A stretch of DNA of 59,640 nt, from the NCBI GenBank assembly GCA_040386535.1, contig JAZKFH010000004.1, positions 1 through 59,640 of the forward strand, written 5' to 3'. This DNA comes from Myxococcota bacterium. Lineage in GTDB: Bacteria > Myxococcota_A > UBA796 > SXON01. Shown one piece after another: positions 31,501 to 42,720 of this stretch. The notes beneath the pieces were generated by a model, which saw only the letters and a list, made by a program, of their open reading frames with translations, did no database searches and was not told the origin of the DNA. Both the position numbers and the translations under genes were made by a program. How positions within the stretch are numbered: the first letter of the stretch is position 1; each line of letters starts with the position of its first letter.

Positions 31501-31574
31501 GGCGGGTACCGGAGCCGGCGCCCTCGTGGTGAACCTCACATGGTGCAGCCCCGACCGGCGCGCTACCTGCGTAG

Positions 31575-32096
31575 ATGTCCGGTCCCGCCGCCGCGATCCT
31601 CCTGCCCGCCCCCCTCGACGCGGCGCAGATCGCAGCGGTCCGTCACTCGATTCTCGGGGTGGCCGAGGTCGTGGATGGCGAGAACTTCTGGATCCAGGGG
31701 CAACCGTTCACCGCGGCGTTCGCCCCGGACTACCCCGGCGAGCTCGAGGACATTGCCGGCGACGGCCTGCCCCTGGTGCTGGGCTGGGTGCCCCGAGGGA
31801 CGCTGACCGTCATCGCCCGCTGCGGCGGCTCTACCAATCATCGGCTCCTCGGGGGCCTGTGTCTCCGCCTCTGTCAGCTGCTGGGCGGCGTGGTGGACTT
31901 CGGAGGCACGCTCACGGTGGGACCCGTGCTCGACGGTGCGACGAGGTCGGCGCCCCTCCGGGTTCCCCTGCTCGGGGGAGCGTTGTACGCGACCACGTAT
32001 GCCATCGAGGACCACCGGTACGGCACCGCCCACTACGGCGATGCGCGCTTCCTGGAGGGGTGGCTCGAGCATCCCCGCTTCCGGATGGTGACGTAG
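31575..32096 (+). CDS. Hypothetical protein (possibly DUF6368-like)
   Basis: MSGP start, HRLLG and WLEHPRFRMV end; family recalled, not verified. Confidence 0.6.
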   Translation: MSGPAAAILLPAPLDAAQIAAVRHSILGVAEVVDGENFWIQGQPFTAAFAPDYPGELEDIAGDGLPLVLGWVPRGTLTVIARCGGSTNHRLLGGLCLRLCQLLGGVVDFGGTLTVGPVLDGATRSAPLRVPLLGGALYATTYAIEDHRYGTAHYGDARFLEGWLEHPRFRMVT

Positions 32097-32249
32097 CCCC
32101 GCCATCACGGCCGATCCCGCCTCGAGCGCCTCTGCCGAAATCTTGACACCCCCAGAGATCCCCCGAGGCACGGCAACAACGGCGCACCCCCGGGCCCGGC
32201 CGCTCCGATACAAGCGCGGCCGCACGCACCGCGCGCGTACGCTGACCCC

Positions 32250-33659
32250 ATGCCCGCCCACACCCTGGCCGCCCGTCTGCTCCTCCTCACGCTGGTCCCG
32301 TTCGCCTTCGCGTGCGTGGAGGACCCCGGCGCCGACACCCAGGATCCGAAGTCGGACGGCGGTCCCGATCCGGTCGACGGGTGCGTGCCGGGCGACGGGC
32401 CCGCGACGGACGTGGAGGCGACGCTCACCGACATCGCCACCGTGGTGCGGGTCACGTGGTCCACCGCGGAGCCTACCGAGGGCAGGGTGCACTTCACCAC
32501 CGCCACCGGCGCACGGCAGACGGCGGTGTCCTCCGGCACGGAGCACGAGGCGCTCCTCGTCGGCAACCGGGTGAACACCGAGGTTCCCTTTCGCATCACG
32601 ACGGACGACGGCACGGAGGTGGCGTGTGGGGAGGTCCGCAGCCTCACCACGGGAGGGCTGCCCTCCGACCTCCCCGACCTGACCGTCGCGATCGACCCGC
32701 GCTACGTCATCGAGGGCGGCGGGTACACCGTCGCGCCGATCATCCAACAGACGACCTCCTTTGTCGCCATCCTCGACAGTGGCGGCCAATACGTGTGGGC
32801 GTGGACCGGGCAGGAGGCGCGGTACGGAGGCACGTACTTCAACGCCGACATCGATCTCGCGCGCGCGGGCATCTACGTGAACGAGCAGGCCGTCATGGAG
32901 GACACCCCGGGCGCGCTCCGGCACGTGGCGTTCGACGGCACGGAATTCCCGGCGGTGGACATCGAGGGCGGCCACACCGACTTCGTCGAGCTCCCCGACG
33001 GCACGATGGCCAGCTTGAGTTGGGAGATCCGGGAGGTCGAGGGCGAGCGGTACCTGGGCGACCGCCTCCTGGAGGTGGACACGAACGGGGCCACGCGGAC
33101 GGTGTGGAACGTGTGGGACCACTACACACCGGACCTGACGCGGGAGTGGATGGCCGGCTTCTACCAGCCCGACCGCGAGGTGCTCGATTGGTCGCACGTC
33201 AACGGCCTAAGCTACGATGCCACCGAGGACGCCTACTTCGTCTCCATGACGTTCAACGAGTCCGTCGCGCGGATCGAAAGGAGCACGGGGCAGATGACCT
33301 GGGTCCTGTCGGACCCCGAGACAATCGGCATGCCGCACAGCGTGCAATTCCTGGGCGAGACCGCGCTGGTGTTCAATCGTGGCTCGGCGCGCGATCCGGA
33401 CACCTGCTCCAATGCCACGGAGATCCGCATCGCGGACGGCGAGGTTGTCTGGTCCTACGAGAGCGAGGAGTGTGTGCTCGTGCCGTTCCTCGGCTCGGCC
33501 CTGCGGCTCCCCGAGGGAAACACCCTCGTGGACTGGAGCAGCGCCGGCCAGCTCGACGAGGTGACCCCCACCGGCGAGCTGCTGTGGCGGGTGAGCCTCA
33601 ACCTCGGCGCCGCCTTCGGGTTCGCGGACCGGGCGGGGAGCTTGTACCCGGGGGAGTGA
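32250..33659 (+). CDS. Aryl-sulfate sulfotransferase-like beta-propeller lipoprotein
   Basis: FAFAC lipobox; HTDFVELPDG, DWSHVNGL, PHSV and RLPEGNTLV. Confidence 0.8.
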   Translation: MPAHTLAARLLLLTLVPFAFACVEDPGADTQDPKSDGGPDPVDGCVPGDGPATDVEATLTDIATVVRVTWSTAEPTEGRVHFTTATGARQTAVSSGTEHEALLVGNRVNTEVPFRITTDDGTEVACGEVRSLTTGGLPSDLPDLTVAIDPRYVIEGGGYTVAPIIQQTTSFVAILDSGGQYVWAWTGQEARYGGTYFNADIDLARAGIYVNEQAVMEDTPGALRHVAFDGTEFPAVDIEGGHTDFVELPDGTMASLSWEIREVEGERYLGDRLLEVDTNGATRTVWNVWDHYTPDLTREWMAGFYQPDREVLDWSHVNGLSYDATEDAYFVSMTFNESVARIERSTGQMTWVLSDPETIGMPHSVQFLGETALVFNRGSARDPDTCSNATEIRIADGEVVWSYESEECVLVPFLGSALRLPEGNTLVDWSSAGQLDEVTPTGELLWRVSLNLGAAFGFADRAGSLYPGE

Positions 33660-33679
33660 GGGTGGATGGCGGTGCTGGG

Positions 33680-34618
33680 TCAGAACTCCCGCTTCAACCC
33701 CACCGGCGCCAGCTCCTTCTCCAACGTCCGCCGGAACAGCGCCGGGCCGAACCACGTGTACGCGACGAATCCGAGCCAGAGGATCTGGATCACGTCGGCG
33801 AGGCCCGTGGGGCCGAAGTCCTCGGCCAGCAGCGACGCCATCCGGTAGCCGGCGAAGCCGACCAGCATCACCGTGATCGCGCGCGGCCCGAGGCCCACCA
33901 TCCACATGTTGTAGCGCCACCAGACGCCGAGCACCCAGCTGCCGCGCGCCTTGACGCCGACGAGCAGCAGGGTCGCGCCACCATGCGACGGTTGGACGCG
34001 GAGCACGGTGATCGCGTGCTCGCGCGCCTCGGCGACCTCGCCCCGCCGCAGCAGCACCCACCCCATCACGACCAGCGCGTCCGCGTGCTCGGGGTTCGCC
34101 TCCAGCGCGGCGCGCGCGGCGACCTCGGCCTCGGCGGGGCGGCCGCGCTGCCAGTGCACCTCGGCGATGTCGCCCAGGGTGTCGGGCGAGTCGGGATCGA
34201 GCGCCCGGGCCTGCTCGAGCATGGCGAGCGCGTCGTCCCACCGGTGGCGGGCCACGTGCACCTCCGCGAGGGCGCGGTGGTTGGCGGGATCGTCGGGCTC
34301 GACTGCGAGGAGCGCCCGGAAGGTCTCCTCCGCGTCCTTGTAGCGGCGTTCGCCGAGCCGCACGCGACCGAGGGCGTAGAGCGGCAGGGGCGCGTCCGAG
34401 GCCATGCCGACGGCCAGCTCGGCCTCGATGCGGGCGGCGGTGAGGCGCTTGGCGCCGAGCAGCGCGAGGGCGAGCCAGGCGTGGGTCGAGGCGTCGTCGG
34501 GCTCGAGCGCGAGCGACTCGCAGAGCGCGTCGACCGCGTTTCCCGGGCGCCCGGTGCGCAGGTGGAACAGGCCCCGCATGCGGGCCGCCTGGGCGGTGGT
34601 GGAGGCGTCTCCGCTCAC
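33680..34618 (-). CDS. TPR-repeat protein with C-terminal TM helices
   Basis: ALEPDD, ALDPDS and EANPEH TPR signatures; GTGA overlap with the upstream gene. Confidence 0.85.
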   Translation of the reverse strand: MSGDASTTAQAARMRGLFHLRTGRPGNAVDALCESLALEPDDASTHAWLALALLGAKRLTAARIEAELAVGMASDAPLPLYALGRVRLGERRYKDAEETFRALLAVEPDDPANHRALAEVHVARHRWDDALAMLEQARALDPDSPDTLGDIAEVHWQRGRPAEAEVAARAALEANPEHADALVVMGWVLLRRGEVAEAREHAITVLRVQPSHGGATLLLVGVKARGSWVLGVWWRYNMWMVGLGPRAITVMLVGFAGYRMASLLAEDFGPTGLADVIQILWLGFVAYTWFGPALFRRTLEKELAPVGLKREF

Positions 34619-35091
34619 AAGAGCACGAGCTGGAGGAGGCCCGAGTCGAGCGCCGCCGCGACCCGGGGGCGCAAGAACATGCCGCCGGCCAGGGCCACGA
34701 ACAGGCCGTTGCGGGCGATGCCGCCGTACCACTCGTACACGGCGAAGCTGCGGCCCTGGAGCTCGGCCAGCAGGTAGCTCACGCCGAGCTTCCAGATGAC
34801 GAGCACCACGAGCAGATAATCGATCGCGTCGGGCGGCATGTCGGTCATCCCGGCGAACACGAACAAGCCGGCGAGCAGCGCGCAGCTCCCGACGAGGCCG
34901 GCGACGACCGTGAGCGTCTCCCGCACGCGGGTGGGGCTACCGAGCGCCCATGCGTTGACGATGAACCATGGCCACGAGAGCCACACGCCGCCGAACATGA
35001 CGGCGAGCAGCGGCCACATCGGGTGCACCACGATCTGCCCGAGGGCGCCCGGGCGCGGCTCGTCGGGGAGGCGGTAGCTGGCGGTGGCCAT
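34615..35091 (-). CDS. Hypothetical membrane protein
   Basis: MATASYRLPDEPRPG...; several TM segments; coupled to the ATPase stop. Confidence 0.75.
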   Translation of the reverse strand: MATASYRLPDEPRPGALGQIVVHPMWPLLAVMFGGVWLSWPWFIVNAWALGSPTRVRETLTVVAGLVGSCALLAGLFVFAGMTDMPPDAIDYLLVVLVIWKLGVSYLLAELQGRSFAVYEWYGGIARNGLFVALAGGMFLRPRVAAALDSGLLQLVLL

Positions 35092-36350
35092 CAGCGCTTG
35101 CCGTGCGTGTCGAGGAACGCGAGCACCTCGTCGTACTGGCCCGACTCGTTGGCGTAGCGTGCGTAGTTGCGTGCGGTCGCGAGCCACTCGGACGTGGTGG
35201 GCCGCAGCTCCGCGAGCGCCGCCACGAGGTGCGCCTGGGTGATGGGCACCTCCACCTCCGCGCCGATGGACGCGGCGATGGCGATGTCGGCGGCCGTCTC
35301 CACGACGTTCTCCAGATCGGCGCCCGACCAGCCGGACGTCTTCGCCGCGAGCGCGCCGATGTCGACCCCCGGCGCGCACGGGCGGCCCGCGAGGTGGATG
35401 CGCAGGATGGCCTCGCGTGCGGTGCGATCGGGCGGCGGCACGAACAGGACGCGGTCGAAGCGGCCGGGGCGTCGGAACGCGGGATCGACCGCCCACGGCA
35501 CGTTGGTGGCGCCGAGGATGAGCACGCCCTCGTTGCGGCTGGCGAACCCGTCCATCTCGGAGAGGAACTGGCTCACGAGGTTGGCGCTCGTGGGGCTGTG
35601 GTTGTGCTGGCGGCGCCCGCCGAGCGCCTCGACCTCGTCGAAGAACAACACCGCCGGCGCCTGCGCGCGCGCCTTGTCGAACAGCGCCTTGAGGTTCTGC
35701 TCCGACTCGCCGATGTACATGTCGAGCACGTCCGCGATGCCGACGGACAGGAAGCTCGACCCACACTCCCCGGCCGTGGCGCGGGCGATGAGCGTCTTGC
35801 CGCACCCCGGCGGCCCGTACAGCAGCACGCCGCCGCCCACCTTCTTGCGGAACCGCTCGAACAACGAGGGCTTCTGCCGCGGCAGGATGATGCGGCGCCG
35901 GATGTTCTCCTTGAGCGCGTCGAGCCCGCCCACGTCCGCGAACGTGACCTTCTCGCGCGGCGGCGCCACGAGGAGCGTCGGATCGGGCGCGCCGCCCGTG
36001 GAGGCCGCCCCGGAGCGCAACAGGCGCAGCTTCGGGCCGTCCTTGGTGAACTCGACGGTGGCCTCCAGGGAGGCGGCCAGCTCGGCGTCCTCGTGGGTGC
36101 GGCTGGCGGCCACGGCGCTGTCGTAGAAGGTGCGGGCGCGCGCGTGCTCCCCGGCGTCGAGCAGGATCCGCGCGGCGGTCACCCGGTCGGCCGGGAGGAG
36201 CGTGTCGGGCGCGCGGTCACCGAGCAACACGAGGCCGGCCTTGCCGTCCTTGCGGGCGCGGCACGCGTTCAGCAGCACCCCGAGGAGCGCGGCGTTGTCG
36301 GGCGAGGCGGCGAACGCCGCGCGGAGCGCGTGAAAGGTGGGATCGTCCAT
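35091..36350 (-). CDS. AAA+ ATPase (CDC48/FtsH-like module)
   Basis: Walker A GPPGCGKT, Walker B FFDEVE, SRH ATNVPWAVDPAFRRPGRFD. Confidence 0.93.
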   Translation of the reverse strand: MDDPTFHALRAAFAASPDNAALLGVLLNACRARKDGKAGLVLLGDRAPDTLLPADRVTAARILLDAGEHARARTFYDSAVAASRTHEDAELAASLEATVEFTKDGPKLRLLRSGAASTGGAPDPTLLVAPPREKVTFADVGGLDALKENIRRRIILPRQKPSLFERFRKKVGGGVLLYGPPGCGKTLIARATAGECGSSFLSVGIADVLDMYIGESEQNLKALFDKARAQAPAVLFFDEVEALGGRRQHNHSPTSANLVSQFLSEMDGFASRNEGVLILGATNVPWAVDPAFRRPGRFDRVLFVPPPDRTAREAILRIHLAGRPCAPGVDIGALAAKTSGWSGADLENVVETAADIAIAASIGAEVEVPITQAHLVAALAELRPTTSEWLATARNYARYANESGQYDEVLAFLDTHGKR

Positions 36351-36400
36351 CGCGAGAGCCTACCGCGCGGGGAGGGCGGGCGCTGCCGTGGGCCCCGGCG

Positions 36401-36808
36401 CTACCGCCGCACGAACGTGAAGGTCTGGTCCTGCGAGTAGTCCTTCACGATGAGGATGTTGTCGGTGCGCTTGAGCACCTCGAGCGTCCACGTGCCCGAC
36501 GGGAAGCGCATGAGCAGCATGCCGCCCTCCATCGTCCACGTGCCCTCCGCGGCGTGTTTGGTGCCGTTCCTGAGCTTCACGGCCTCCTCGTGCACGGCGA
36601 AGCCCTCGAACCGGTAACAGCCCACCTCCGGGTTCTCCTCGCACCAGCGCCCGTCGAGGCTCGCCGGGTTCGCGGGCACGGCGGGGGGGGCCACCGGCTC
36701 GATCAGCGGCACGTCCGGCTCGGCCAGATCCCCGATGGCGTCGGGCATGCCGGCGCACCCGCAGGCGACGACGAACAGGATGGACACGCCGAGCAGAACA
36801 CGCTTCAT
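36401..36808 (-). CDS. Hypothetical lipoprotein
   Basis: MKRVLLGVSILFVVAC signal; GGAGG RBS. Confidence 0.7.
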   Translation of the reverse strand: MKRVLLGVSILFVVACGCAGMPDAIGDLAEPDVPLIEPVAPPAVPANPASLDGRWCEENPEVGCYRFEGFAVHEEAVKLRNGTKHAAEGTWTMEGGMLLMRFPSGTWTLEVLKRTDNILIVKDYSQDQTFTFVRR

Positions 36809-36885
36809 GGGGCCTCCGAAACGTGTCGGGGTAGCCGCCGCTGGCCTGGGAAGCAACGCGGGACGGGCATCCCGGGCCGCCCGGT

Positions 36886-37764
36886 TTACGGCCCCAGCTC
36901 TCGGTACACCTCGTTCGGGGGGCAGCACGCCTCGAAGCCGGCGGCGCAGGACTCCGCGGCGAGCGTGGCGGACGTGGCCGGGTCCGGCGCGATCTCCGCC
37001 TGGGTGCAGAGGATCTCCGTGGCGAGCGACGCGTCGGTATTTGTGGCCGCGAAGGTGGCCAGGGCCGCGCGCGCCTCCCCGCCGCGACCGAGGCCCACCA
37101 GGACGTGCACGCGGTTCAGGCGCCGCCGGGGCGTGGGCCAGCGCGCGATCACGTCGTCCATGGCGCGGAGCGCCGCAGCCGGGTCTCCCGCATGGAAGGG
37201 AAGGACCGCCCGCATCGCCCACGACCACTCGTACTCCGGCCCCAGCACGATCAGCTCCTCGCCGCGCGCGAGCGCACCGGCAACGTCGCCCGCCTTCGCC
37301 GCGTCCAGACCGGCCTGGAAGGTGACGTCGAGCGCGTGGGGGAGCACGCGCAGCGTGGGCGGCACGCACACCTCGCCGCAGCGGTACAGGTTCGTGTAGA
37401 GCGTGACCTCCCCGGTCCGGCACGGGATCGACCACCGGTCCAGCACGTCGAGCATGAGCCCATTTTCGCTCGCCGGAGACGTGGAGGGCACCGGCGCCAG
37501 CCCGATGCTCCCCCGCGTGACGCCGTGCGGCTCCGACCCGTCCGCGCACGCGAGCCTGCCCCACCACACCGTGCTCCCCGCGCCGGCACGCCCCCACTCC
37601 AACGGCCGCTCGCGGCTGGCGCCGAGCAGCGGATCCGTACACATCGGGGGGTCCGTGGTCGGGGTCGGGCACGCCGTGGGGGCGGCCGCGGCCGGTGGGG
37701 CCGACACCACCGGCTTGTGGTGGCAGGCCAGGAGCAGGAGCACGCTGGAGAATCGAAGGTGCAT
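36886..37764 (-). CDS. Hypothetical lipoprotein with TPR-like C-terminal half
   Basis: LLLLAC lipobox; helical repeats. Confidence 0.65.
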   Translation of the reverse strand: MHLRFSSVLLLLACHHKPVVSAPPAAAAPTACPTPTTDPPMCTDPLLGASRERPLEWGRAGAGSTVWWGRLACADGSEPHGVTRGSIGLAPVPSTSPASENGLMLDVLDRWSIPCRTGEVTLYTNLYRCGEVCVPPTLRVLPHALDVTFQAGLDAAKAGDVAGALARGEELIVLGPEYEWSWAMRAVLPFHAGDPAAALRAMDDVIARWPTPRRRLNRVHVLVGLGRGGEARAALATFAATNTDASLATEILCTQAEIAPDPATSATLAAESCAAGFEACCPPNEVYRELGP

Positions 37765-37983
37765 CCACCGAGGATACGCCATCCGCGGGTCTTTTCGTGA
37801 CGTCGATCGCCTTCACCCGGCACGCCGCCACCGGCGCGACGGCGCCGTCGTGGATCGTCGTCCATCCCCTTCGGACGCACGGGAGCCCGCCGCGCGGCGA
37901 CAAATGGTGACGCCCCCCCCTTCGGCGTTGCCCCGCTCGATCCGCACGCCGGCGGGCGCGCGCCTCTACGATCGCGTCGCCCA

Positions 37984-37999
37984 CGGCATCCATCTTGCT
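37984..37999 (+). promoter_or_regulatory. Sigma-54-like promoter
   Basis: CGGCAT-ccatc-TTGCT, 21 nt upstream of ATG 38021. Confidence 0.5.
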
Positions 38000-38020
38000 A
38001 ACGGACCTGTCGGAGGCTCC

Positions 38021-38683
<663 letters not shown>

Positions 38684-39077
38684 CCCGGGGGTAGCGCCGG
38701 GGGGCGCGCCGCCAGCGAGGACGCTGGCGGCGGGCTCCTCTGGGCTCGCGCTCTGCGCTCGGTTCGGGCACGGCGCGGACGCCGCGCCCGGAACCGCGCG
38801 GCCGAGGCGGCCGCGCGCCCGCCGGATCCCTCGCGCGAAGGAGCGTTTGTATCCGGCTTCCGCGCGCCGAGGATGGCCGCGGAAGATCCCCGGGGTGCGG
38901 AGGCGTATCACCTGCACCGGGACCGAGGGGTTCCAATGTCTCGGCGGACGCCGCCCGCCGGGCCCGCGCCCGCTGAGGCGTCGCTCCGCTCCTGGCGAGG
39001 ATGGTAGCCGCGTCATTCCCCGCCTTCCTCCAGCTCCATCGTGAGCTGCGCCTGCGCGACTGACCAAAGCCCGCCGC

Positions 39078-39861
39078 TGACCAAGCATCTCTCGACTCCG
39101 GTCCGCCTGGGAGGACCGGAGTCGGCCGGGTGTGATCGGTTCCAGTCGGGGGCCATGTACGCGGTCCGCGCCGTACACGAACACGTCGCGATCGAGGACC
39201 TCGCCGAACAGGGCGTCGAGCCCCGGTGGCTCGGTGACGCGCATCGACGCGCGGTCGATCGAACAACGTGTCGTCGAGGTTCGCGGACGTGGCGGGGAGC
39301 GTCTCGTCTACGCTCGGGTCCGTGCCAGGGTCCTCGGTGTCGGAGTCCTCGGTGTCGTCCGTATCGGGGAGGCGCTGTCGAGCACCCATCGGGTGACCGT
39401 GAAGGAGGATGGCGATCGGCCCCTCAGGCGCCGGTGCCGATCAGCGGGCCGTCGCTCCCTCGATCCCCCGAGCCCAGCGCGCCGACGCCCCGATCGCGGC
39501 CGCCGTGAGGGCCCAACCGCAGGGGCATAGGTCATGTCCCCACGAATGCACGCGGCACGGAGTCATGCCCGGTTGAATGCTCGGATCCAGGCTGCGACGG
39601 CCCGCGGGCTGCCGAAAAACGCCCTTGGTTCCGTGGTGGCAGCCGTAGGCAGCCCTGACTCGAGGGGCCTCAACTTGATTTAGCGGCGTTCATGGTGGCA
39701 TGACTCCGATTTAGCGGCGTTGAGGGGGGCATGACCCCGCCCTCGATGCGATCGTCTCGAGGGCTGAGCGGAGTGCGTCGGCATTGAGACGCGATTCCAT
39801 CCGTCGAAGTGCATCACACCCGAGTCGGCCGTTGACCAAGCATCTCTCGACTCCGGTCCGC
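39078..39861. repeat. 29-bp direct repeat pair (39078-39106, 39833-39861) in a gene-poor interval
   Basis: tgaccaagcatctctcgactccggtccgc occurs twice; the first overlaps a 12-bp hairpin at 39093-39124. Confidence 0.8.
39677..39738. repeat. 31-bp imperfect tandem repeat, 2 copies
   Basis: gatttagcggcgttcatggtggcatgactcc / gatttagcggcgttgaggggggcatgacccc. Confidence 0.7.
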
Positions 39862-40558
39862 GGGGCGGGATTGGCGTTGGCTGGCCGACTGAAGTGGATC
39901 ACAACCAATGTGGCGGTCTCGAATCGAGCAGGCGCCCTTTGTCCTGCTCGGGGCGGGCGTCTCCCGCCAGGGTGGTCGCGACGGAACGCGGGCGTAGGGC
40001 CTCGGCGCCGAGGGGGTGGCCGCTCTGCCACCCAGACGCCCTCGTCGTGCCGGCCGCCGACGATTGCCCGTCCGTCCGATGCCGCGCGCACGCTGTACAC
40101 GTGCGGATGCAGGAAGGGCGGAGGCGCCGGCGACGCTCCAGATAGGCGCGGGAGGCCAGAGCCTCTGGGCTCCAGAAGGCGCACATGATCGCGAAGCGCT
40201 GCGACCTCGCCCTGCCGGCCCGAGCCTTGGCGGCCCGAGCGTTGGCGGCGCGGGAGGCGGCCGCGGCGGCGTAGCGTCGCCTGGCCTCACACACGCCTGC
40301 GACCCTCCTGGTTCGCGCCGAAGGCGCGCGGCAGGCGACCGGAGAGCGGGCGGCTCGGCCGCCCGGCTCGGCGCTTCCGCCCGCCGACAGGCGGGGAGAA
40401 GCGCCAGCCGAGCGCGCAGCGCGAGTTCGGAGGGCGCCGACGGCGGCTCTGCCGCCGGGCCGCCCATTGCTCCCGTCTGCTGGCCGCGCTGCGTTCCGCG
40501 CTGGGTCCCTTTCCTCCCGCCCCGGGACGTGCCACGTTGAGCGGGTGAGGGCCTCCAT

Positions 40559-40957
40559 ATGCGCCTGCTCGTCGGCTTCCTGCTCCTCGTCGGCTGTCCC
40601 ACCGCGGACAAGCCCGACTCCAGCGACACCGATCCGCTCGCCTGCGGAGAGGCGCTCACGTGCGACGCGACCGCGGTGTGCGTGCGCGACAGCCACGAGC
40701 CCGACTGCGAGGATCGCGCCGACACCGGCGCGCCGTGCCCCGAGGGGACCACCGCGTCGATGTGCGGCGGCGCGGGAATGCCGTGCTGCTGCGGCGCCAC
40801 GCCCGAACCAACGTACCGCTGCTACGAGGCGGGCACGTGCGGCGAGAGCCCCACCTGCGACTGCCTCGGCGCGGTGTGCGGCGAGTCCGAGGGGTGCTCG
40901 TCGGTCGGGTCCGAGACGAGCCGGCTGTACGCGTGTGACGAGCTGCCGAAGCCGTAG
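40559..40957 (+). CDS. Cys-rich lipoprotein
   Basis: LLLVGC lipobox; many Cys. Confidence 0.8.
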   Translation: MRLLVGFLLLVGCPTADKPDSSDTDPLACGEALTCDATAVCVRDSHEPDCEDRADTGAPCPEGTTASMCGGAGMPCCCGATPEPTYRCYEAGTCGESPTCDCLGAVCGESEGCSSVGSETSRLYACDELPKP

Positions 40958-40993
40958 CGGTCCACCGTCGTGGGGGCGCCCCAGGCCGCGGCG

Positions 40994-41719
40994 TCACCGC
41001 AGCTTGAGCAGCAGCTCCTCGGCCTCTTCCAAGCTCATCTCCAACACCCGCCGCGAGATGGCGAACGAGAACCCGGCGCGCCCCATCGAGGCGAGGAGCT
41101 TGTTCTCGGCCTTGCGCGCCGCGTCGCGGGCCGCGCGGGCCTGGTTGCGGTCGGTGGGCTCGGGCGCCTCCTCCTCGGGGGCGGCCGCGTCGCGCGAGAA
41201 CGCACCGATGCGCTTGCGACGGGCCCAGGCGCACGCGGCCACGAGATCGGTCGAGACCGCCTCGCCCTCCTCACCGTCCTCACCGACGGGCCCGCGCATC
41301 TCCTCGGCCACGGTCTCCATCGCGGTCGTCGCGTCGGACACGCCCTTCTGGCGCAGCCGCTGCTTCACCACGGCCGAGGCCACGCCGCGCCGGGTCAACG
41401 ACCGCGCCTTGGTCTCCGCCCACGCCGCGTCGTTGAGCGTGCCGAGCGTGACGTGTTTGTCGAGCACCGCGTCGAGCACGGCGCCGATGTCCTCGACCAC
41501 CGGGGCCCCCTTGAGCTTGGCGCGGCGGATGCGCCCCTGGAGGAGCGTCTTGAGGTGCGAGCGCGTGCTCGAGTAGCGGGCGAGGTGCTCCGCGGCGGCC
41601 CACTCCAACCACCCCGCGTCGATGGTCCGCGGCGCGCGTGCGGGGCGGGGCTCACGCGCGGCGCGGGGCTCGCGCTCGGCCTTGTTCGAATCCCGCTGGC
41701 GAGCGGTACGGCTGTTCAT
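40994..41719 (-). CDS. recX: RecX family regulatory protein
   Basis: AAEHLARYSS, LNDAAWAE, RGV...LRQKGV and ASMGRAGFSF. Confidence 0.8.
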   Translation of the reverse strand: MNSRTARQRDSNKAEREPRAAREPRPARAPRTIDAGWLEWAAAEHLARYSSTRSHLKTLLQGRIRRAKLKGAPVVEDIGAVLDAVLDKHVTLGTLNDAAWAETKARSLTRRGVASAVVKQRLRQKGVSDATTAMETVAEEMRGPVGEDGEEGEAVSTDLVAACAWARRKRIGAFSRDAAAPEEEAPEPTDRNQARAARDAARKAENKLLASMGRAGFSFAISRRVLEMSLEEAEELLLKLR

Positions 41720-41818
41720 CCCCGCCCCTACCCCGGCCCGGGCGTGGCCGCCCCCCCAAGGGCACGGGCGGGCGCGCGTTCGGAGCGCCCGAGATACCCT
41801 CGCGGACAGGAGCCACGG

Positions 41819-42556
41819 ATGACCCGACCGATCGACTGGGTGCCCATCGCCGCGGGCCCGTTCAGCCACAAAACAGGCTCCCGCAGCCTCGACTACGACT
41901 ACGAGATCGCGCGGCACCCCGTCACGTTCGCGCAGTTCGAGGCCTTCGTGAACGCGGAGGACGGCCTGCTCGGCGCCGCGCACGACTGGTTCGCGGGGCT
42001 CACGCTGACGGACGCCGACCGCGCGCTCAAGCCCCAGGCAAATCCCCAGGCCGACCACCCGCGAGAGAACGTCAATTGGTTCCAGGCGGTGGCCTTCTGC
42101 CGCTGGATGTCGTGGAGAGAGGGCGGCGGCTTCGACCTGGCGCGGATCGCGGACTGGGCGGTGCGCCTGCCGACCGAGCTGGAGTGGGAGAAGGCGGCGC
42201 GTGGCACCACGAAGGGCGCGTTCCCGTACGGCAACGAGTTCGACCCCACCAAGGCCAACGGACGTGACACGGGCCTCGGCACCACCAGCGCCGTAGACGC
42301 GTTCCCCGGCGGGGCCTCCCCCTACGGGGTGTTGGACATGAGCGGGAACGTCTGGGAGTGGAGTCTGTCCGACCACGCCGACCCCAAGGACGACGCGACG
42401 CAGGAAGATTTGTCAGCGGTGGGTCTGCGCCTCATGAAGGGCGGCTGCTTCGGCAACGCGCCGGGCCACATGAAGGTGTCGTACCGGGGCAAGGCGCTGC
42501 CGCGGACGGCGTTCGAGATCCTGGGGTTTCGGGTTTGTCGGGGTGGGGGGCGGTAG
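41819..42556 (+). CDS. Formylglycine-generating enzyme (FGE-sulfatase) domain protein
   Basis: RLPTELEWEKAARG, SPYGVLDMSGNVWEW and GFRV. Confidence 0.9.
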   Translation: MTRPIDWVPIAAGPFSHKTGSRSLDYDYEIARHPVTFAQFEAFVNAEDGLLGAAHDWFAGLTLTDADRALKPQANPQADHPRENVNWFQAVAFCRWMSWREGGGFDLARIADWAVRLPTELEWEKAARGTTKGAFPYGNEFDPTKANGRDTGLGTTSAVDAFPGGASPYGVLDMSGNVWEWSLSDHADPKDDATQEDLSAVGLRLMKGGCFGNAPGHMKVSYRGKALPRTAFEILGFRVCRGGGR

Positions 42557-42720
42557 GGTGGGGCCCACGGGTGGGTCGGGCGGTCCGGCCGGCCGCGTCC
42601 GCGCGGACCGGGGCGCTCAGCTCACCCGACGGCACCGGGCGCGGAGGTTGCCCGATCCACAACCACGCGTTGCCGGGCGACCGGCTGGCGCAGGACCGCG
42701 GCCGATCGTACGTAAGTGGC

